DNA of 64,000 bases, taken from the NCBI RefSeq assembly GCF_009914755.1, contig NC_060931.1, one strand, 5' to 3'. The first letter of the stretch is position 1. Each line of letters starts with the position of its first letter. Below the pieces are notes generated by a model, which was not told where the DNA came from, searched no databases, and saw nothing but the letters and a program-made list of their open reading frames with translations. A program made the position numbers and the translations under genes. Positions 1 through 14,213 of the stretch are shown in pieces. Source of the stretch: the human T2T-CHM13v2.0 reference genome, Homo sapiens.

Positions 1-144
1 GGTCAGTGGAGCTTCAGACTTCAGCTTATGATGCTAGGAGAGTACATTGTTTCTGGACTGTTTGTATCCTTTTTCTCTCGTTTTCAGCGGTGCACTGGTT
101 TAAGTTTGCTCAGCTACATGTGTGTTTCCTCGTCTCCCTTCTAG

Positions 145-203
145 GTACAAGCAGAATCGATCTGGTCGGCTTACCATAAAGAGTCTCTGTCTGTCAAATG
201 GAG
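145..203 (+). CDS. MEST: MEST coding exon (exon 6), alpha/beta-hydrolase-fold protein
   Basis: ctag|GTACAAG...GGAG|gtaatt; encodes [19 protein letters not shown], matching the MEST protein. Confidence 0.96.
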
Positions 204-315
204 GTAATTGCCTTGGCGGTAGGTAGAAAGTGGGTGTAATCTAGAAGGGCCATCTTTAGATACAGCGGCACCTAAATGGTAATCTGATAATATTTCAAGT
301 AGACATAATTAAACT

Positions 316-920
316 ATGGGATCTCTACCTCTTCTGTGCCATCAACTCCTTTGGTGGTCTGACAAGATTTATGGACCCTTTCTCAGAATGTTTTAAAATA
401 AAGAAACAAACAGCATTACAAAGGATAGTGACTTTACTTACATAGTCAATAAAAAGCTGCATTATAGTCACATGTGCTTTTTCAATGCATTAGATAGCAA
501 GTTCTAGTGGAGGACCTAGTAACAGCTATATCAGAAGGAGTGAGGAGTGTAAAGACTGTTTGCCATATCTGAAACAACTGCAATAGGTTATGAGAGTGTA
601 GGATTGAAGATACAGAAAAAAGCCACAAGTGTTTCTAATACTACTATGATGTTAGTGTAGAAAATCCTTACTTAATGTCATCAATGGGTTCTTGGAAACT
701 GTGACTTTAAATGAAACGTTATAATGGAACCAATTTTTTTTCTCATCAATGTTTTAAAGAAAGGATGTTATTCAAGGACCTGCTGTACCTCATTCTGCTT
801 AAAGCCGAAGTTTCCAAGAACCTATCCTGATGTTAAGTGAGGACTTAACTGTATGAGATTCCCCAACTCCTAACTGATGGCAGTGCCAAGTTTCAGTTAG
901 AAAATACCGAACCCCTGATT
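316..920 (+). mobile_element. hAT-Charlie DNA transposon relic (MER119/Charlie7-like) with nested MER6-like element
   Basis: 'ttatggacccttt ctcagaatgttttaa' resembles the MER119 5' part; family assigned from memory. Confidence 0.45.
655..853. mobile_element. MER6-family TcMar-Tigger relic
   Basis: Inverted ends 'ccttacttaatgtc..gggttcttggaaact' / 'agtttccaagaacc..tgttaagtgaggact'. Confidence 0.55.
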
Positions 921-1435
921 AGACTTTCTGGGTAGCCAGCTTGCAAGTTCATGAATATCCAAATGTCTCCTGAACGCCTTAAGAGCAGACTGGGAGAGAA
1001 ATCCGTCTCTCCCTTTATCACTTATGCTCATGGCTTTCTTCCACTGACTCTGAAGAGAAAGGGAAAAGGAAAAACTCTAGGGTTTTTAAAGGACCTATAC
1101 TTATTTAAAAACTTCTTGTTTTATTCTTACAGCCCAAATCATTAACCCTCGTGTTCTGAGTGATAGGGGGAAATGCTAAGGGGAGTCAGAGCCTGGTTAT
1201 CAGCATTTTGGATGACCATATATTTTCTCCCCGTTTCACTATCTTTAAGATGGGAAAAGTAATTCCAGTGGGATTTATTGTGACCAGTTAAACACAGAAT
1301 TCCTGGAGAAGTAATTAGATGACAGTTTTAAATTGTTATTTGTAATTCTGTTTTGGTAGTAAAGGCTGCAGAGGTGATGGTGAATAGGGTGGGTAGTTTC
1401 TGATAATGGGCTTGCCTTTGACCTAAATGTAGGTA

Positions 1436-1560
1436 GGCTGGGTGAGGTGGCTTGCACCTGTAATCCCAGCACTTTGGGAGGCTGAGGTGAGAGGATTGCT
1501 TGAGCTCGAGACCAGCTGGGCAACCCAGTGAGATCCCGTCTCTATAAAAAAAAAAAAATT
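1436..1560 (+). mobile_element. Alu monomer (FLAM-like)
   Basis: Left-arm Alu sequence with poly(A). Confidence 0.85.
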
Positions 1561-1600
1561 AAAGCTGTAGGTAAATGACTAAGATAAGTCTCTTCTACAG

Positions 1601-1641
1601 GTATCTTTCCTGAGACTCACCGTCCACTCCTTCTCCAAAAG
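1601..1641 (+). CDS. MEST: MEST coding exon 7
   Basis: ctacag|GTATC...CAAAAG|gttggt; GIFPETHRPLLLQK. Confidence 0.95.
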
Positions 1642-2187
1642 GTTGGTACTTCACTGATAGACCTTTAGTTTTAGGATTTGTACTGACGTAAATAATGCTG
1701 GGACCTTTTAAGGGCCATAGCTCCTGTAACTGGCAGTAGTTAAATCCTCTTCCTTGTGAATTTCTATTAATGAAGTTACTTTTTCCCTTCTTAGGCAACT
1801 AAAGCAGAGGCAGTGGCCCCTACGTAAACCCAAAACCAATCCTAAGAATAAGAGATCAACAAATATTTGGAGAAATTACAGCTATGGAAAGATCTGTGTC
1901 ACAAGCTTGATGTTTGAACAAATTAGGATCCTACTCTAAACTTGAATATATCAGAGTTAAAGTTTTAGGGATTTAGTGAATTGTAGAAAAGTAATCTTAG
2001 ATGGAATTAGAAATAGATTTGTCTTCCTTGAGAGAAGAATGCGGGTAGGCAAAACAAAATGCCAAGTACCAAACCATTCAGTAGCAGGAGATTTGGCTAA
2101 AGATTTAGTTCCTAGTATAAAACCTTTTGCCCCGGTGAGGATCTTCCTCTGGGTTCTTGAGCTTTACCTCCACTTATTCCCCTCCAG

Positions 2188-2258
2188 CTACTCAAAGATG
2201 GAGGTGTGCTGTCACCCATCCTCACACGACTGATGAACTTCTTTGTATTCTCTCGAGG
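2188..2258 (+). CDS. MEST: MEST coding exon 8
   Basis: ctccag|CTACTC...CGAGG|gtaagt; [24 protein letters not shown]. Confidence 0.96.
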
Positions 2259-2446
2259 GTAAGTGTCACTGTCAAAGATTGTGGCCTAGAGCAATGTCGT
2301 GAAAAGTTGCTGCCATTACAATTCTGGGCCAAATCCTAAGGCTTGATATTTTAAAGCAAAGGTGTTGGCCGCTTGCCAGGGAAGTAGAAGGAATTCATAA
2401 ATCACTTATGGGTCAGACTGCATGGCCCAGACTGCATGGCCTCTGA

Positions 2447-2617
<171 letters not shown>

Positions 2618-3449
2618 TAAGAAGTTACCCTTTGCTTTGGTTTCCAGAGAAGTGTTTTTGTGGAGAGTGGGGATTGCTTGTTCTGTTCCTTGCTGGCTTA
2701 TTCCCTATCACAGGAAGGCTGATGATGACCTATGGGGCAAACCAAAAAGTCATGGTCTATATGAAGAAAGAAATAGAAAATAAGAGTGAAACTGGACTCT
2801 TTGTTAGTATTAAATGCTTCAAAGTATTGAATCATGGTTGTGAAAGTAGCCTAGTGCCTCCCTCAAGGTACAAGGCTCTTCCTTTTGCCTATCTTTCTGC
2901 AGCAACGGGGAGTGAGAGGGCAGACTTCTCTTTCTCTGTCTTGTACAAAGAATTCCCATGCCTTGGTTCAAATGAGAATGTAGACACTTTCACAAGGGAC
3001 CCAGAGGTGGTGATAGCTGTAACTACTTGGGATAAGACTCTGACTTCTAGCCACCTGGCTCAGTGTAGCTTCCAGTGTTTTTACTGATGGCTTTGCTGGG
3101 GATTGTATGTTAGAGGGAGCCAATCCTCCCACCCTCTCCTAAGCCCCAACAGGATCCCTGAATATTTCATTTTAGTATTAAAAAACTGAAGAACAATTAA
3201 GACTGTCTTTTAAAATTATATTTTCCTTTCCAAAAAGTAAATACTATTTGTAAGATGAGATATTTGAGGTTCACAAAAATAACTGTCCTGGAGTTGCCAG
3301 GCAGAATGAGTAGAATACATGAGTTTGAGTTCTAAAATGTGGCAGTGGTGTCTTACGCTGGAGAAAGAGGAATCCTCTCCATTTTATCTGTGGTCAGATG
3401 AAGCTTTGTGCTCATCAACATCTACACTTAGAATTTTGAAGTAGATGTC

Positions 3450-3732
<283 letters not shown>

Positions 3733-3794
3733 AAGTAGATGTCAACACAGAAGATCATGTGTTACAATCCTCTTATTTTAAAAATGAGGAGGCT

Positions 3795-3968
3795 AGCCAG
3801 GTCCTTTGGCACATGCCTGTACTCCCAGCTACTTGGGAGGCTGGGGTGGGAGGATCTCTTGAGGTCAGAAGTTATAGCTGTAGTGAGCTATGATTGCACC
3901 TGTGACTAGCCACTGCACTCCAGCCTAGGTAACATAGGGAGACCCTGTCTTTTAAAAAACAAACCAAC
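3795..3968 (+). mobile_element. Alu right monomer (FRAM/AluJ-like)
   Basis: Right-arm Alu sequence; TSD aaaatgagga. Confidence 0.8.
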
Positions 3969-4363
3969 AAATGAGGAAACCGAGTTGAAAGATCTGTGTT
4001 ATATGTTTGAGTCAGAGAGGTAGGTAGTGGTGGAGCCTAAATTGGAACCTCAGACCTGGGCTTTTTAGTTACATAAAATCCAAACCAACTGTCAGCCTTC
4101 CTAGATCTCATTCCCTGCTTAATAAATACACAAACCCACTAATTCTTATATTGATAGTAGGCATAATCACTACTAGAGCTACATGGTGGTTAACTCTAGA
4201 GGTTAACAGAAATGGATAAATTAAGTGGGACATTTCCAGGAATGCTAAACTGCTTCTGGATTAAGAAATTGTATCTTGTGTTCCTTGTGGCTCGTTATGC
4301 CCTTGAATCCCTGTAACAGTAAAGGTTTCTTGTTCTGCACATGCTGACTTACCTGTCCTACAG

Positions 4364-4440
4364 TCTCTTACAGTACATCAATCAGAGGAAGAAGTTCAGA
4401 AGGCGCTGGGTGGGAGCTCTTGCCTCTGTAACTATCCCCA
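4364..4440 (+). CDS. MEST: MEST coding exon 10
   Basis: ctacag|TCTC...CCCCA|gtgagt; [25 protein letters not shown]. Confidence 0.96.
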
Positions 4441-4514
4441 GTGAGTATTTTTGTATTATTGATAGGAAACTGAAGGACTATAGGGTTAAAGTAATCGCAA
4501 CTCCTTTATACAAT

Positions 4515-4706
4515 TAGGGTTACCAGATTTAGCAAATAAAAATATAAGATACCCAGTTAAATTTGAATTTTAGATAAACAACAAATGCTTTTTTAGTATT
4601 TAAGTATATGTTGTACAATATTTGGGACCTACTTACACCAAAAAAAAATCATTTTTCACCTGAAATTCAAATTTTCTGGGTATCCTTTATTTTACTGGCA
4701 ACTGTA
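4515..4706. mobile_element. MER53 palindromic DNA transposon (MITE)
   Basis: tagggttaccagatttagcaaat...acccagttaaatttgaatt ... aattcaaatttt.ctgggtatcc...ctggcaac. Confidence 0.75.
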
Positions 4707-5246
4707 CTCATGACATCTGGAACAGTGATGTGTGTGTGTAGAGTGAAGTATATAAAAAGCTGAGACATTACTGTAAAGGTAGTTGGTATTACTGATTTCT
4801 GTGGTGTGCATTGTCAGTGACTGCCACATTACATGCTGAATTGCTCGGACAGAAGGCTGTTTGGATTACTAATCAAGAGGCTATAGGTGGTTTGTGCTTA
4901 TTTGTCTTTTCATTCTTACAGATTTAAAAAAAAATTATGGTGTTTCACACACAGTGATTAGTGCTCAGGAAATTATTGGTTGATTTCAAATGTCAAGGGT
5001 CTGTTATAACTGAAGAGAGACTTAAAGAATGATAGTATCCTGGACTTAGAGGATGTTGAAAGTTGGGCATATCCCATTTGGTCCAGGGTGCAGGAGAGCT
5101 GGATGAGGGACCAAATGGTTGTCTGTAGGAGGAGATGTGTCCAATGAATGAACTGGTACGTGCCTAGCAGTTTTTTAGAGGTTACCTAATAAAACAAGCT
5201 AGGTTTTGTATCACACAAAAAATTATTTATAGAAAATATTTTCTTG

Positions 5247-5552
<306 letters not shown>

Positions 5553-5615
5553 GAAGAAGAAAACATTTCTTTTCGGAGAGGAGTTAATTTTAGGGTGGGA
5601 GTAGAACAGATGTGA

Positions 5616-5717
<102 letters not shown>

Positions 5718-6533
5718 TGAGTCTCCCCGAGAGAAGTCTATGTTTTGTTAGTATCTCATCCTGACAGTGGTAAACAGAATTGCCTGTTGAGGGCTATTGG
5801 CTCTAGCCATTGTCTTTAACCTCGCTGGCTGTTCATCCAGGAAACAATAAAAAGATTGAGTTGAGGAATCTTATTCTAACATAATTGTAGTATCAAGACA
5901 TTCAGTTATACGTTCTCTTGATTTATACATAGTCTGTTTTCACTGTCATGACTGCTACATATTCCTTGGTGTACAAAAAGCTCTCATGTGAGTCAAAGGT
6001 TGAAAGTGGATATACCTACAAAGTGTTTGTTTGTTTTAGTCTGATTGTAAAGCCAATTCATTGGTTTAGGCTGAGCAGATGGCAAGGAGAGATTGAGAAG
6101 AGCTCATTGTGGAAAAGTGCCTTCTCATTGGTTGCTATTCTCTCTAGGTACTTACTTGGAAGGTATCAGAATATGAAATCTTGATTATGTCACATAAGAA
6201 TGTTCCATACCTTCCTGTGGCCTACTGGATACAAGCTAGTAGTAAACAGCTTGCATATAATTTTAAATAAAATACCCCCTGTCTCATCTCCTCCTGGGAT
6301 TAAGGGAAGATCCTTGGTTATCTCTGCTTGGGCAGTGAGTTGCTGTGTGATCCACTTGTTTGATGCTTCATCCTTCTCTAAGGAGCTGAAAGTCATCTTG
6401 CTTTGACAATTGTTGCAAAAGTGTTATATTTTCAAGTTGTTGTTTGTTGGATTATGAACATTTAAAAACTAGTTTGTATAAATGGAATTGGCAAGTTTAT
6501 CTGCCTAAGATACAATTTCAGAGTAGAAGGTGA

Positions 6534-6776
<243 letters not shown>

Positions 6777-7975
6777 GCTGGAAAGAGTAGCTTCCCTGTA
6801 TTACCTCCCCTACTCCCTTATCTGTTGTGTATTCCACTTAGGAAGAAATGCCCAAAAGAGGTCCTGGCCATCAAACATAATTCTCTCACAAAGTCCACTT
6901 TACTCAAATTGGTGAACAGTGTATAGGAAGAAGCCAGCAGGAGCTCTGACTAAGGTTGACATAATAGTCCACCTCCCATTACTTTGATATCTGATCAAAT
7001 GTATAGACTTGGCTTTGTTTTTTGTGCTATTAGGAAATTCTGATGAGCATTACTATTCACTGATGCAGAAAGACGTTCTTTTGCATAAAAGACTTTTTTT
7101 AACACTTTGGACTTCTCTGAAATATTTAGAAGTGCTAATTTCTGGCCCACCCCCAACAGGAATTCTATAGTAAGGAGGAGGAGAAGGGGGGCTCCTTCCC
7201 TCTCCTCGAATGACGTTATGGGCACATGCCTTTTAAAAGTTCTTTAAGCAACACAGAGCTGAGTCCTCTTTGTCATACCTTTGGATTTAGTGTTTCATCA
7301 GCTGTTTTTAGTTATAAACATTTTGTTAAAATAGATATTGGTTTAAATGATACAGTATTTTAGGTATGATTTAAGACTATGATTTACCTATACATTATAT
7401 ATATTTTATAAAGATACTAAACCAGCATACCCTTACTCTGCCAGAGTAGTGAAGCTAATTAAACACGTTTGGTTTCTGAATAAATTGAACTAAATCCAAA
7501 CTATTTCCTAAAATCACAGGACATTAAGGACCAATAGCATCTGTGCCAGAGATGTACTGTTATTAGCTGGGAAGACCAATTCTAACAGCAAATAACAGTC
7601 TGAGACTCCTCATACCTCAGTGGTTAGAAGCATGTCTCTCTTGAGCTACAGTAGAGGGGAAGGGATTGTTGTGTAGTCAAGTCACCATGCTGAATGTACA
7701 CTGATTCCTTTATGATGACTGCTTAACTCCCCACTGCCTGTCCCAGAGAGGCTTTCCAATGTAGCTCAGTAATTCCTGTTACTTTACAGACAGGAAAGTT
7801 CCAGAAACTTTAAGAACAAACTCTGAAAGACCTATGAGCAAATGGTGCTGAATACTTTTTTTTTAAAGCCACATTTCATTGTCTTAGTCAAAGCAGGATT
7901 ATTAAGTGATTATTTAAAATTCGTTTTTTTAAATTAGCAACTTCAAGTATAACAACTTTGAAACTGGAATAAGTG

Positions 7976-7981
7976 TTTATT
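7976..7981 (-). terminator. COPG2 poly(A) signal AATAAA
   Basis: TTTATT on + strand, ~410 nt past the COPG2 stop. Confidence 0.8.
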
Positions 7982-7988
7982 TTCTATT

Positions 7989-7994
7989 AATAAA
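7989..7994 (+). terminator. MEST poly(A) signal AATAAA
   Basis: Canonical hexamer at the expected mRNA end; further AATAAA at 8103 and 8196. Confidence 0.8.
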
Positions 7995-8393
7995 AATGAA
8001 TTGTGACAAAAGTGGACTCTGGCTTCCCCTCCCCCCTCCCCCCCACCCCTCTGGGATAAAAATTTTCCAGCATTGCCAGGAGCTTTCAGGTACACATTAA
8101 AGAATAAAATGAAGTTAAGCAGCTGGAGTATAGGATAGTATTTGATTTTCAAGATCACCCAAAGCTGCACTATCGTCCCAAAGCTGACCAAGTAGAATAA
8201 AAAGAAAAAAAAAAAAAACAACCCATGCGCAAAGATAGACATTTGCTTGATCTGCTGGCTCAGGGCCAAATGTTTAATTTGCTTCTCCAAAGTCATTCAT
8301 CTTCAAAAGTCTGATTCTGGGAAACTGATGCCACTAGCCTAAAAGCCCACTGACCATGTAGTGTGCATCAGTTTCCTCTTGTCCAGTAAGCAT

Positions 8394-8524
8394 TTATCCA
8401 ACAGAAGCTAAGATAACATCTACAGGTGTTCTCTCTTTACTTCTGACAGTCACCTGCATGGTCACTCCATCGGCTAAGGCCAGCCTGGACCTCACCAATA
8501 AATCATAGCCACCTCTGAATATAC
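8394..8524 (-). CDS. COPG2: COPG2 exon 24 (last), coatomer gamma-2 subunit C-terminus
   Basis: cag|GTATA...; [43 protein letters not shown]. Confidence 0.96.
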
Positions 8525-8991
8525 CTGAGAGAAAAAAGTAAGGAAAACCATATTAAGAACCCAAAACAAGCACTGGATAATGAAATTTATCATGCTATCC
8601 CTGCATCTCCTTTCTATTAGTTTAGTTTAGCTTTTCCAGAGACTTGTGGAAACTGAATCCTAAACAAACATAAATTCCAAATATATATATTTTTATATTC
8701 CCATGAAACCAGGTACATAGAAGGTATTCAAAAATACCAATTTGGAGTACTCAAAAGGAATGTTGGTGGTGGCCTTGGTATCTGTTGGAGAGATTTGTTT
8801 TGGGCCAAATGTACATCTTAAAAGAATAACCAAGAATAGCATGCAAAACAAATTATTCATTTTGACTGGGTATCAAATTGTTACTCATATAATGGGATGA
8901 TGGGACAACAGCAAGGCATAAGATGCCCATCTATATCCTATTATTAAGCTTTGCAAGAAAATGGAAGGAAAATCTGATGGAAGCTTCTTAC

Positions 8992-9090
8992 CTGCCAGAT
9001 AGAGCGAATGGGAATTCTTGTTCTCAGGTACTTTATCGGACCTCTCACATGGCTGCATGCCCAGAAATGTGATGATATTGTTGACAGCCT
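8992..9090 (-). CDS. COPG2: COPG2 exon 23
   Basis: AG/GT bounded; [32 protein letters not shown]. Confidence 0.95.
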
Positions 9091-9402
9091 CTGTGTTGAG
9101 AAGATGTATGAGACAGTATTAGGAAAGTAAAGCACAGGGATCTCCCTCTGCACCAGTGTATGCTGGGAGCTGGGGTGGAAGGGGTTGTTGGTGAAGGGGG
9201 TTGTTGGTGATGTGTAGAGGGAGGCTACTACTGGACTAGAAAATGGCTGATCAATTAGATGATGAAGACAGGGTGCTGGCCTTTTAAGTAAGAGATTTAT
9301 GAAGTTTTTTTTTTTTTAAAGGAGTTCTTCTGGAGTAACAAATATGCCTGTTAGGTGTTATACTGTTATCAGGCAATATACTGATAGCAAAATGGGTCTC
9401 AC

Positions 9403-9541
9403 CTTCAAGGGTTTTGGTAGAACTGAGGGCAAAGGTTTCCTCTTTCTCAAAGGTATCTCCCACCTCTTCCCAAGCAGCAGCAAAGTTAGGCTTCAGTACT
9501 TTCTGAATATGGTCAGACACAGTCACTTCGAGATCTTCCAG
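9403..9541 (-). CDS. COPG2: COPG2 exon 22
   Basis: tag|CTGGAAG...GAAG|gtgaga; [46 protein letters not shown]. Confidence 0.96.
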
Positions 9542-10279
9542 CTAGTGGGTAATAAGCAGTCAGTAAAGAAAAGTCCTTTCTGTTATAGGGCAAAGATAAA
9601 GGAACTAGTCAATATGGTCCTCCGGAGCCTAGAGAAAACTCTACCACCAAAATAGTTTAAGTTCTGTAGTCTGGATAAATCTAATGTTGTAGCCCTTAGC
9701 AAAGGAAAGCAAGAAAACAGAACATCTGGCAAGAGCCTCAGATCAACATCTGTAGCCCTGAGGTACAGAGTAGTCATGTTGCACCCACACTTGACCACTG
9801 AGTTCTGGGCACACGGTACCCTCTGATCATTCACTAAGAGGTTGATATTTTTTAAAAAAAGTTTTCCCTCCATTCTGTGAAGGCTTTTTAATCCATGATC
9901 TGGCTATAAACTAACAGCTGCTGAAGCAAAAACAAAAAACCAAAAAACAAAACCAACCCCCTCCCCAAATCATTTTAAATAAAACTGATCTCAATGAAAA
10001 TCATGTCATTATTTTCATCTCTTAATTATCCCTATTATAAAGAAAAAAAAGGGTGAGTTTGTTTTAATGATGAAGTGGTAAATCTCAATTCTCTCTGGCC
10101 TGGTGCTGTCCAGTTACAGAGGAGGGTTAGTCCAGGTCCTCCTAATTTGTCATCTGTTTCAGAAGAATAGAAATCCCTTAAGTTTATGTCAGATGCTCCT
10201 AGAAAAATGTTCTCTCAAGGCAGAAGTCACTTAGTGTTGTGAAGGTGTCAAAGAAAGTCTCTATGCTGGGAAGACTCAC

Positions 10280-10377
10280 CACATACTCATCATCATACCC
10301 ATCCTCATCTGGAACTCCAGTGTTAGGGTCACAGTCCCGGACTGTAAACTTCATGGTGCAGCTAAAGGAGCCTGCAA
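10280..10377 (-). CDS. COPG2: COPG2 exon 21
   Basis: ccag|TTGCAGG...GTG|gtgagt; [32 protein letters not shown]. Confidence 0.96.
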
Positions 10378-10515
10378 CTGGAGAAGAAGGGAGGCAAACC
10401 TGCATCAGTGGGGAGTGCAAGGGAGACGTTTCCATCATTTCTTAGGAAGTGCCATCTGTACTCAGCACTGTGTTCCACATTTTCCAGTTAAACACACATG
10501 CCCTGTTGTCTGGGG

Positions 10516-10743
10516 TAGTGGTTCTCAAAAGCAGCCTACAAGCGGGTCAGGAAGGCAGTCTCACAAAGCATGAATGTAAAGTCTATTCCACGCTGTGGGT
10601 TACAGCAGTACAGAAATGATAACATGGGCAGACTGTTTCTCTATTGGTATGAAGAAAGCAGCAGAGAGGTACTTTTGGGGGCTTTTTGCCATGCCTATCA
10701 AAGGGGCCTAAATGTTGAAAAATAAATATTTTGAGAACCACTG
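10516..10743. mobile_element. hAT-Charlie (MER5-type TIR) MITE
   Basis: Perfect TIRs agtggttctcaaaa (10517-10530) / ttttgagaaccact (10729-10742). Confidence 0.65.
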
Positions 10744-11319
10744 CTGTAGGACCTGACCAAAAAAAAAAACAAAAAAAAAACCTGTGGTAAAGAGCATACA
10801 GATCATCAGATTAACATTGACCAATCTCATCAGCATCTCAATACTATCTTTAGATTGTGGACTGATGGCGGGTCCACAGATCACCAGAGAGAACTTGCTT
10901 TATCTGTCAACCTTCAGCCTAAAGTGAGTAGGTCAGTAATGAGTTTCTACTATTGGTAAAGTCAGTGTCTTAAATGGAAAAGCAAGTGGGCAGTTGTATG
11001 TTTTCACACAAGTGGTGTTAAGTAATAAGAAATGGAGGTGGGGGTACATTTTTGGAAAGTGAAGTCTTTATAAAAAGTAAAGACAGTATTTTCTGAAATG
11101 TTTGAAGGAGGGGATTTAGCAAGCAGGGATGAAGAAAAGGCATTTAGGATCTTGTCTATGGTCTGGAAAAAGCTTATAGGTACAAAAAATATTAGATATT
11201 GGGAGAGTTAAAAAATTATTTGGGGGATAGGCAAGGAGAGGAAAGAACAGGCTCAGATGTGAAGACCATATACGACAGATTGGGTAATAAGACTTTCATC
11301 TGCTCAGTCTTGACTTTAA

Positions 11320-11465
11320 ATTCCATCCATTCATCCATCCACACATGTAGTGACTGTCAATACATGTTGACATTACACGTAAAGGTATAAGCTTATGTGC
11401 CAGACACTTGGATAAAAAGATGACTGAGACATGATCTCTGTCTCTAGGAGCTGTCTAGGAGTTAA
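11320..11465 (-). mobile_element. L2 3'-end fragment
   Basis: (catc/cattc)n tail then 'tatgtgccagacact...tctctgtctctaggagct'. Confidence 0.55.
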
Positions 11466-13651
11466 ATAAGTGTGTGGGCTGTGTGTGTGTGTGATCTATC
11501 TATGACTTTACAACTCAATGCCATAGATCCTTTAAGTTTTAAGAGAGTGCCATGTGAGGGTGCGGGATTAACAAATAGCCTGGGAAAACTGTAAAAAATG
11601 TGAAACGATATAATAGTTTAACTGGCTCTCAAAAGATGCAAAAGAGCTTTGGCAAGCAGAGGAAGATGTACAAACAGGCAAAAGGAAAGAGGCCAGAAAG
11701 TCCACCGGGCAGCTGGAAACAGTAAGAGGCATGCTAATGCCTAGGTGCTGAGAAGATAATTTGTTTAGGAATAAATTGTAAAATACCTTGTATTTCAAAT
11801 GATTTTCCAACAGGCTCTGGTGAGCTGAGGCAGTCAAGAGATTGAAAGGTTAGAGATAAGCTAGATAAGGTGCCTAATTTAAGCCACTGGTGGGGACTAT
11901 GAAGAATGGGTCTGAATTCAGAGAGCAGATGGATTCAACAGAATATGCTGAAAACAGACGATGGCAGTGGGTTTTCCCATATAGGAAAGAATGAACCTAT
12001 CAAGCCTGCAGAATCAATTTCAATGCCATTAGGGGTTGAGAAAAGAACGACTGTGGTTTAATTAGGATAGGATTTTCTTCAGAGAGAAGGGGAAAGAAGT
12101 GAAAGTTAACACAAGGCCAGAACAGGTCAGGTGAGGCATTTTTTTTAAACCATGAAAGAGATACAGAATATGGTAGGGGAAAAGGTCATGATCAAGTTAG
12201 AATGAAGAGTCAGGAGAGACATTAATTATAGCAACCCAGTGTGGTTCCAATTAAGCAGAGAGGCTACAGCAAATGAGGAGGACAAAGAGACAACATCAGG
12301 TATGAAGGCAGATCACAGACTGGGCACAGGGGCTGAGTTTTATGTGGAGGTAAAGACAGAAGACACTTACATATAAGGACCTGATACAGAGAAAGAGATT
12401 AAGGAAGTAAATAGGAATGGTGTTAGTAGAGATAATGTTCCTGGGAATTTTTTTACTTAAATGGTTTGATTGATACAATGAGAGGTTACAGGGATCTAAG
12501 GAAGTCTAGGCAGTAATCTGTCGAAGCTGCTGGAGAGGATGACGAAATGGGGCGAGGAGGCAAGATGCGGGGGCCTTTCCATAGCAAGAAAATACTGAAT
12601 GCACTGCCATAATGTAAATATGAGAGTTACACAGACAAAGCAAGGCAAATACCAAAGAGAATCAGGAAAGAATGCCCTGAAGATCTGCATTAAAACTGTT
12701 CTCTGAAATTAAGCTTGTCTTGTGAGGATTCACTGAAAATGAGAGTCAACCACTAAGGAGATTTGTATGAAAAGAACCCAGCGAATTAGAGAAAAGATAG
12801 ATGCTGGCAGCTAAGACAGGAGAGGGACATGTGAGTTGGGCCAGGGTACAGAAAATGCAGTGTGGCAAAGGGCAGAGTGGGAAAGGTGGGAGGGAGCTGC
12901 CAGGTCTCAACCACCTGGGGGAGACCATGACAAAGTAAGAGACACTTATGAGGTATTTCCGGAAAGCTTTGTTAGAATAATAATTAAAGAAAAGGGTATG
13001 TCACTAGGGCAAAAGATTAGAAAGAAGGCAAAAGAGATGGATCTGTACAGGCTAACTGCAGCAGTCTATGCAGGTCTGGACTGAACTGAGAAGCAATGGG
13101 TGCAGCATAGTGTGTAGGACATCGAGGAAAGCTGGGCAGTGAGTGCCAAAATAAGCAATACACACCTACCTGGAAAATCGTGTTGAGTCTGTGGGAATGC
13201 TGTACAAATGGTGGGAGGGAGTTTTTCTCTAGGACAAATTCAGAAAGGGAAGGAGGAATGGTACTGGAAAGCAACATTAGAGTTGTCCTCAGATGAAAAG
13301 GAGTTGGTCACTAAGGAATGACACACATCAACAGGAAGGTAAGACAGCATTGCTGGGCCAAAAGTCATAAGAGAGTATGAAATAAGAGACTGGAAGCAAA
13401 GGAAAGAAAATATTACATAAGGAAGGGCCTACTGGCAGAGCAGGTGTGGAATAAAGATTTAGAATGGGGTATCCTGTCTAGGTCTAAATGGTCGGCTGCA
13501 TGGGAAATACACAGAAAGGGTTAAGGAGCAAGGAATTCAGTAGGAGGCAGCAGCAGACTAGCTCTTAAAGCTTTTGAGGGAATGGCTAATTAAAGGACTT
13601 GCTTGATAGGAAAGTTATAAACTGATGAATGCTGATAAAAAGCTATAGATG

Positions 13652-14056
13652 GGCCGGGTGCAGTGGCTCACGCCTGTAATCCCAGCACTTTGGGAGGCTG
13701 AGGCAGGTGGATCACCTGAGGTTGGGAGTTCAAGACTAGCCTGGCCAACATGGTGAAACACTGTGTCTTCTAAAAAAAAAAAAAAAAAAAAAATACAAAA
13801 TTAGCCGGGCGTGGTGGCCCATGCTTGTAATCCCAGCTACTTGGGAGGCTGAGGTAGGAGAATCACTTGAACCCAGGAGGCAGAGGTTGTGGTAAGCCGA
13901 GTTGGTGAGCCTTGTTAACTCTCCTTGTTAATACACAACTCTCCTTGTTAATATACAACTCTGACAATTTAACATGAGCCAAGCCCCATTGCACTCCAGC
14001 CTGGGCAACAAGAGCAAAACTCCATCTAAAAAAAAAAAACAAAAAACAACAAAAAA
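13652..14056 (+). mobile_element. AluS with internal ~75 nt non-Alu insertion
   Basis: Alu consensus; TSD aaaaagctatagatgg. Confidence 0.9.
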
Positions 14057-14213
14057 GCTATAGATGGCAACTTTAGAAATATTAGGCTTGATTTATTAAG
14101 AGAGTGTGAACATGTAGTTTGTCCAGAGAATGGATTATTGCTACTAGATGGGGAATGGGTGATTATGAAGAGTGAAGTAAAAAAGTCTATATCTATTTCT
14201 GTAGAGATGGTAA

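Larger units (their letters stand above)
6777..8010 (+). other. MEST: MEST 3' UTR (end approximate)
   Basis: Follows the stop codon; AATAAA at 7989-7994. Confidence 0.85.

Noticed and set aside
2414-2441. 14-bp tandem duplication (cagactgcatggcc x2); similar at 9181-9209
   Set aside because: Ordinary slippage duplications.
2632-3087. 151-aa ORF in a MEST intron
   Set aside because: Non-ATG start, no recognisable homology, intronic.
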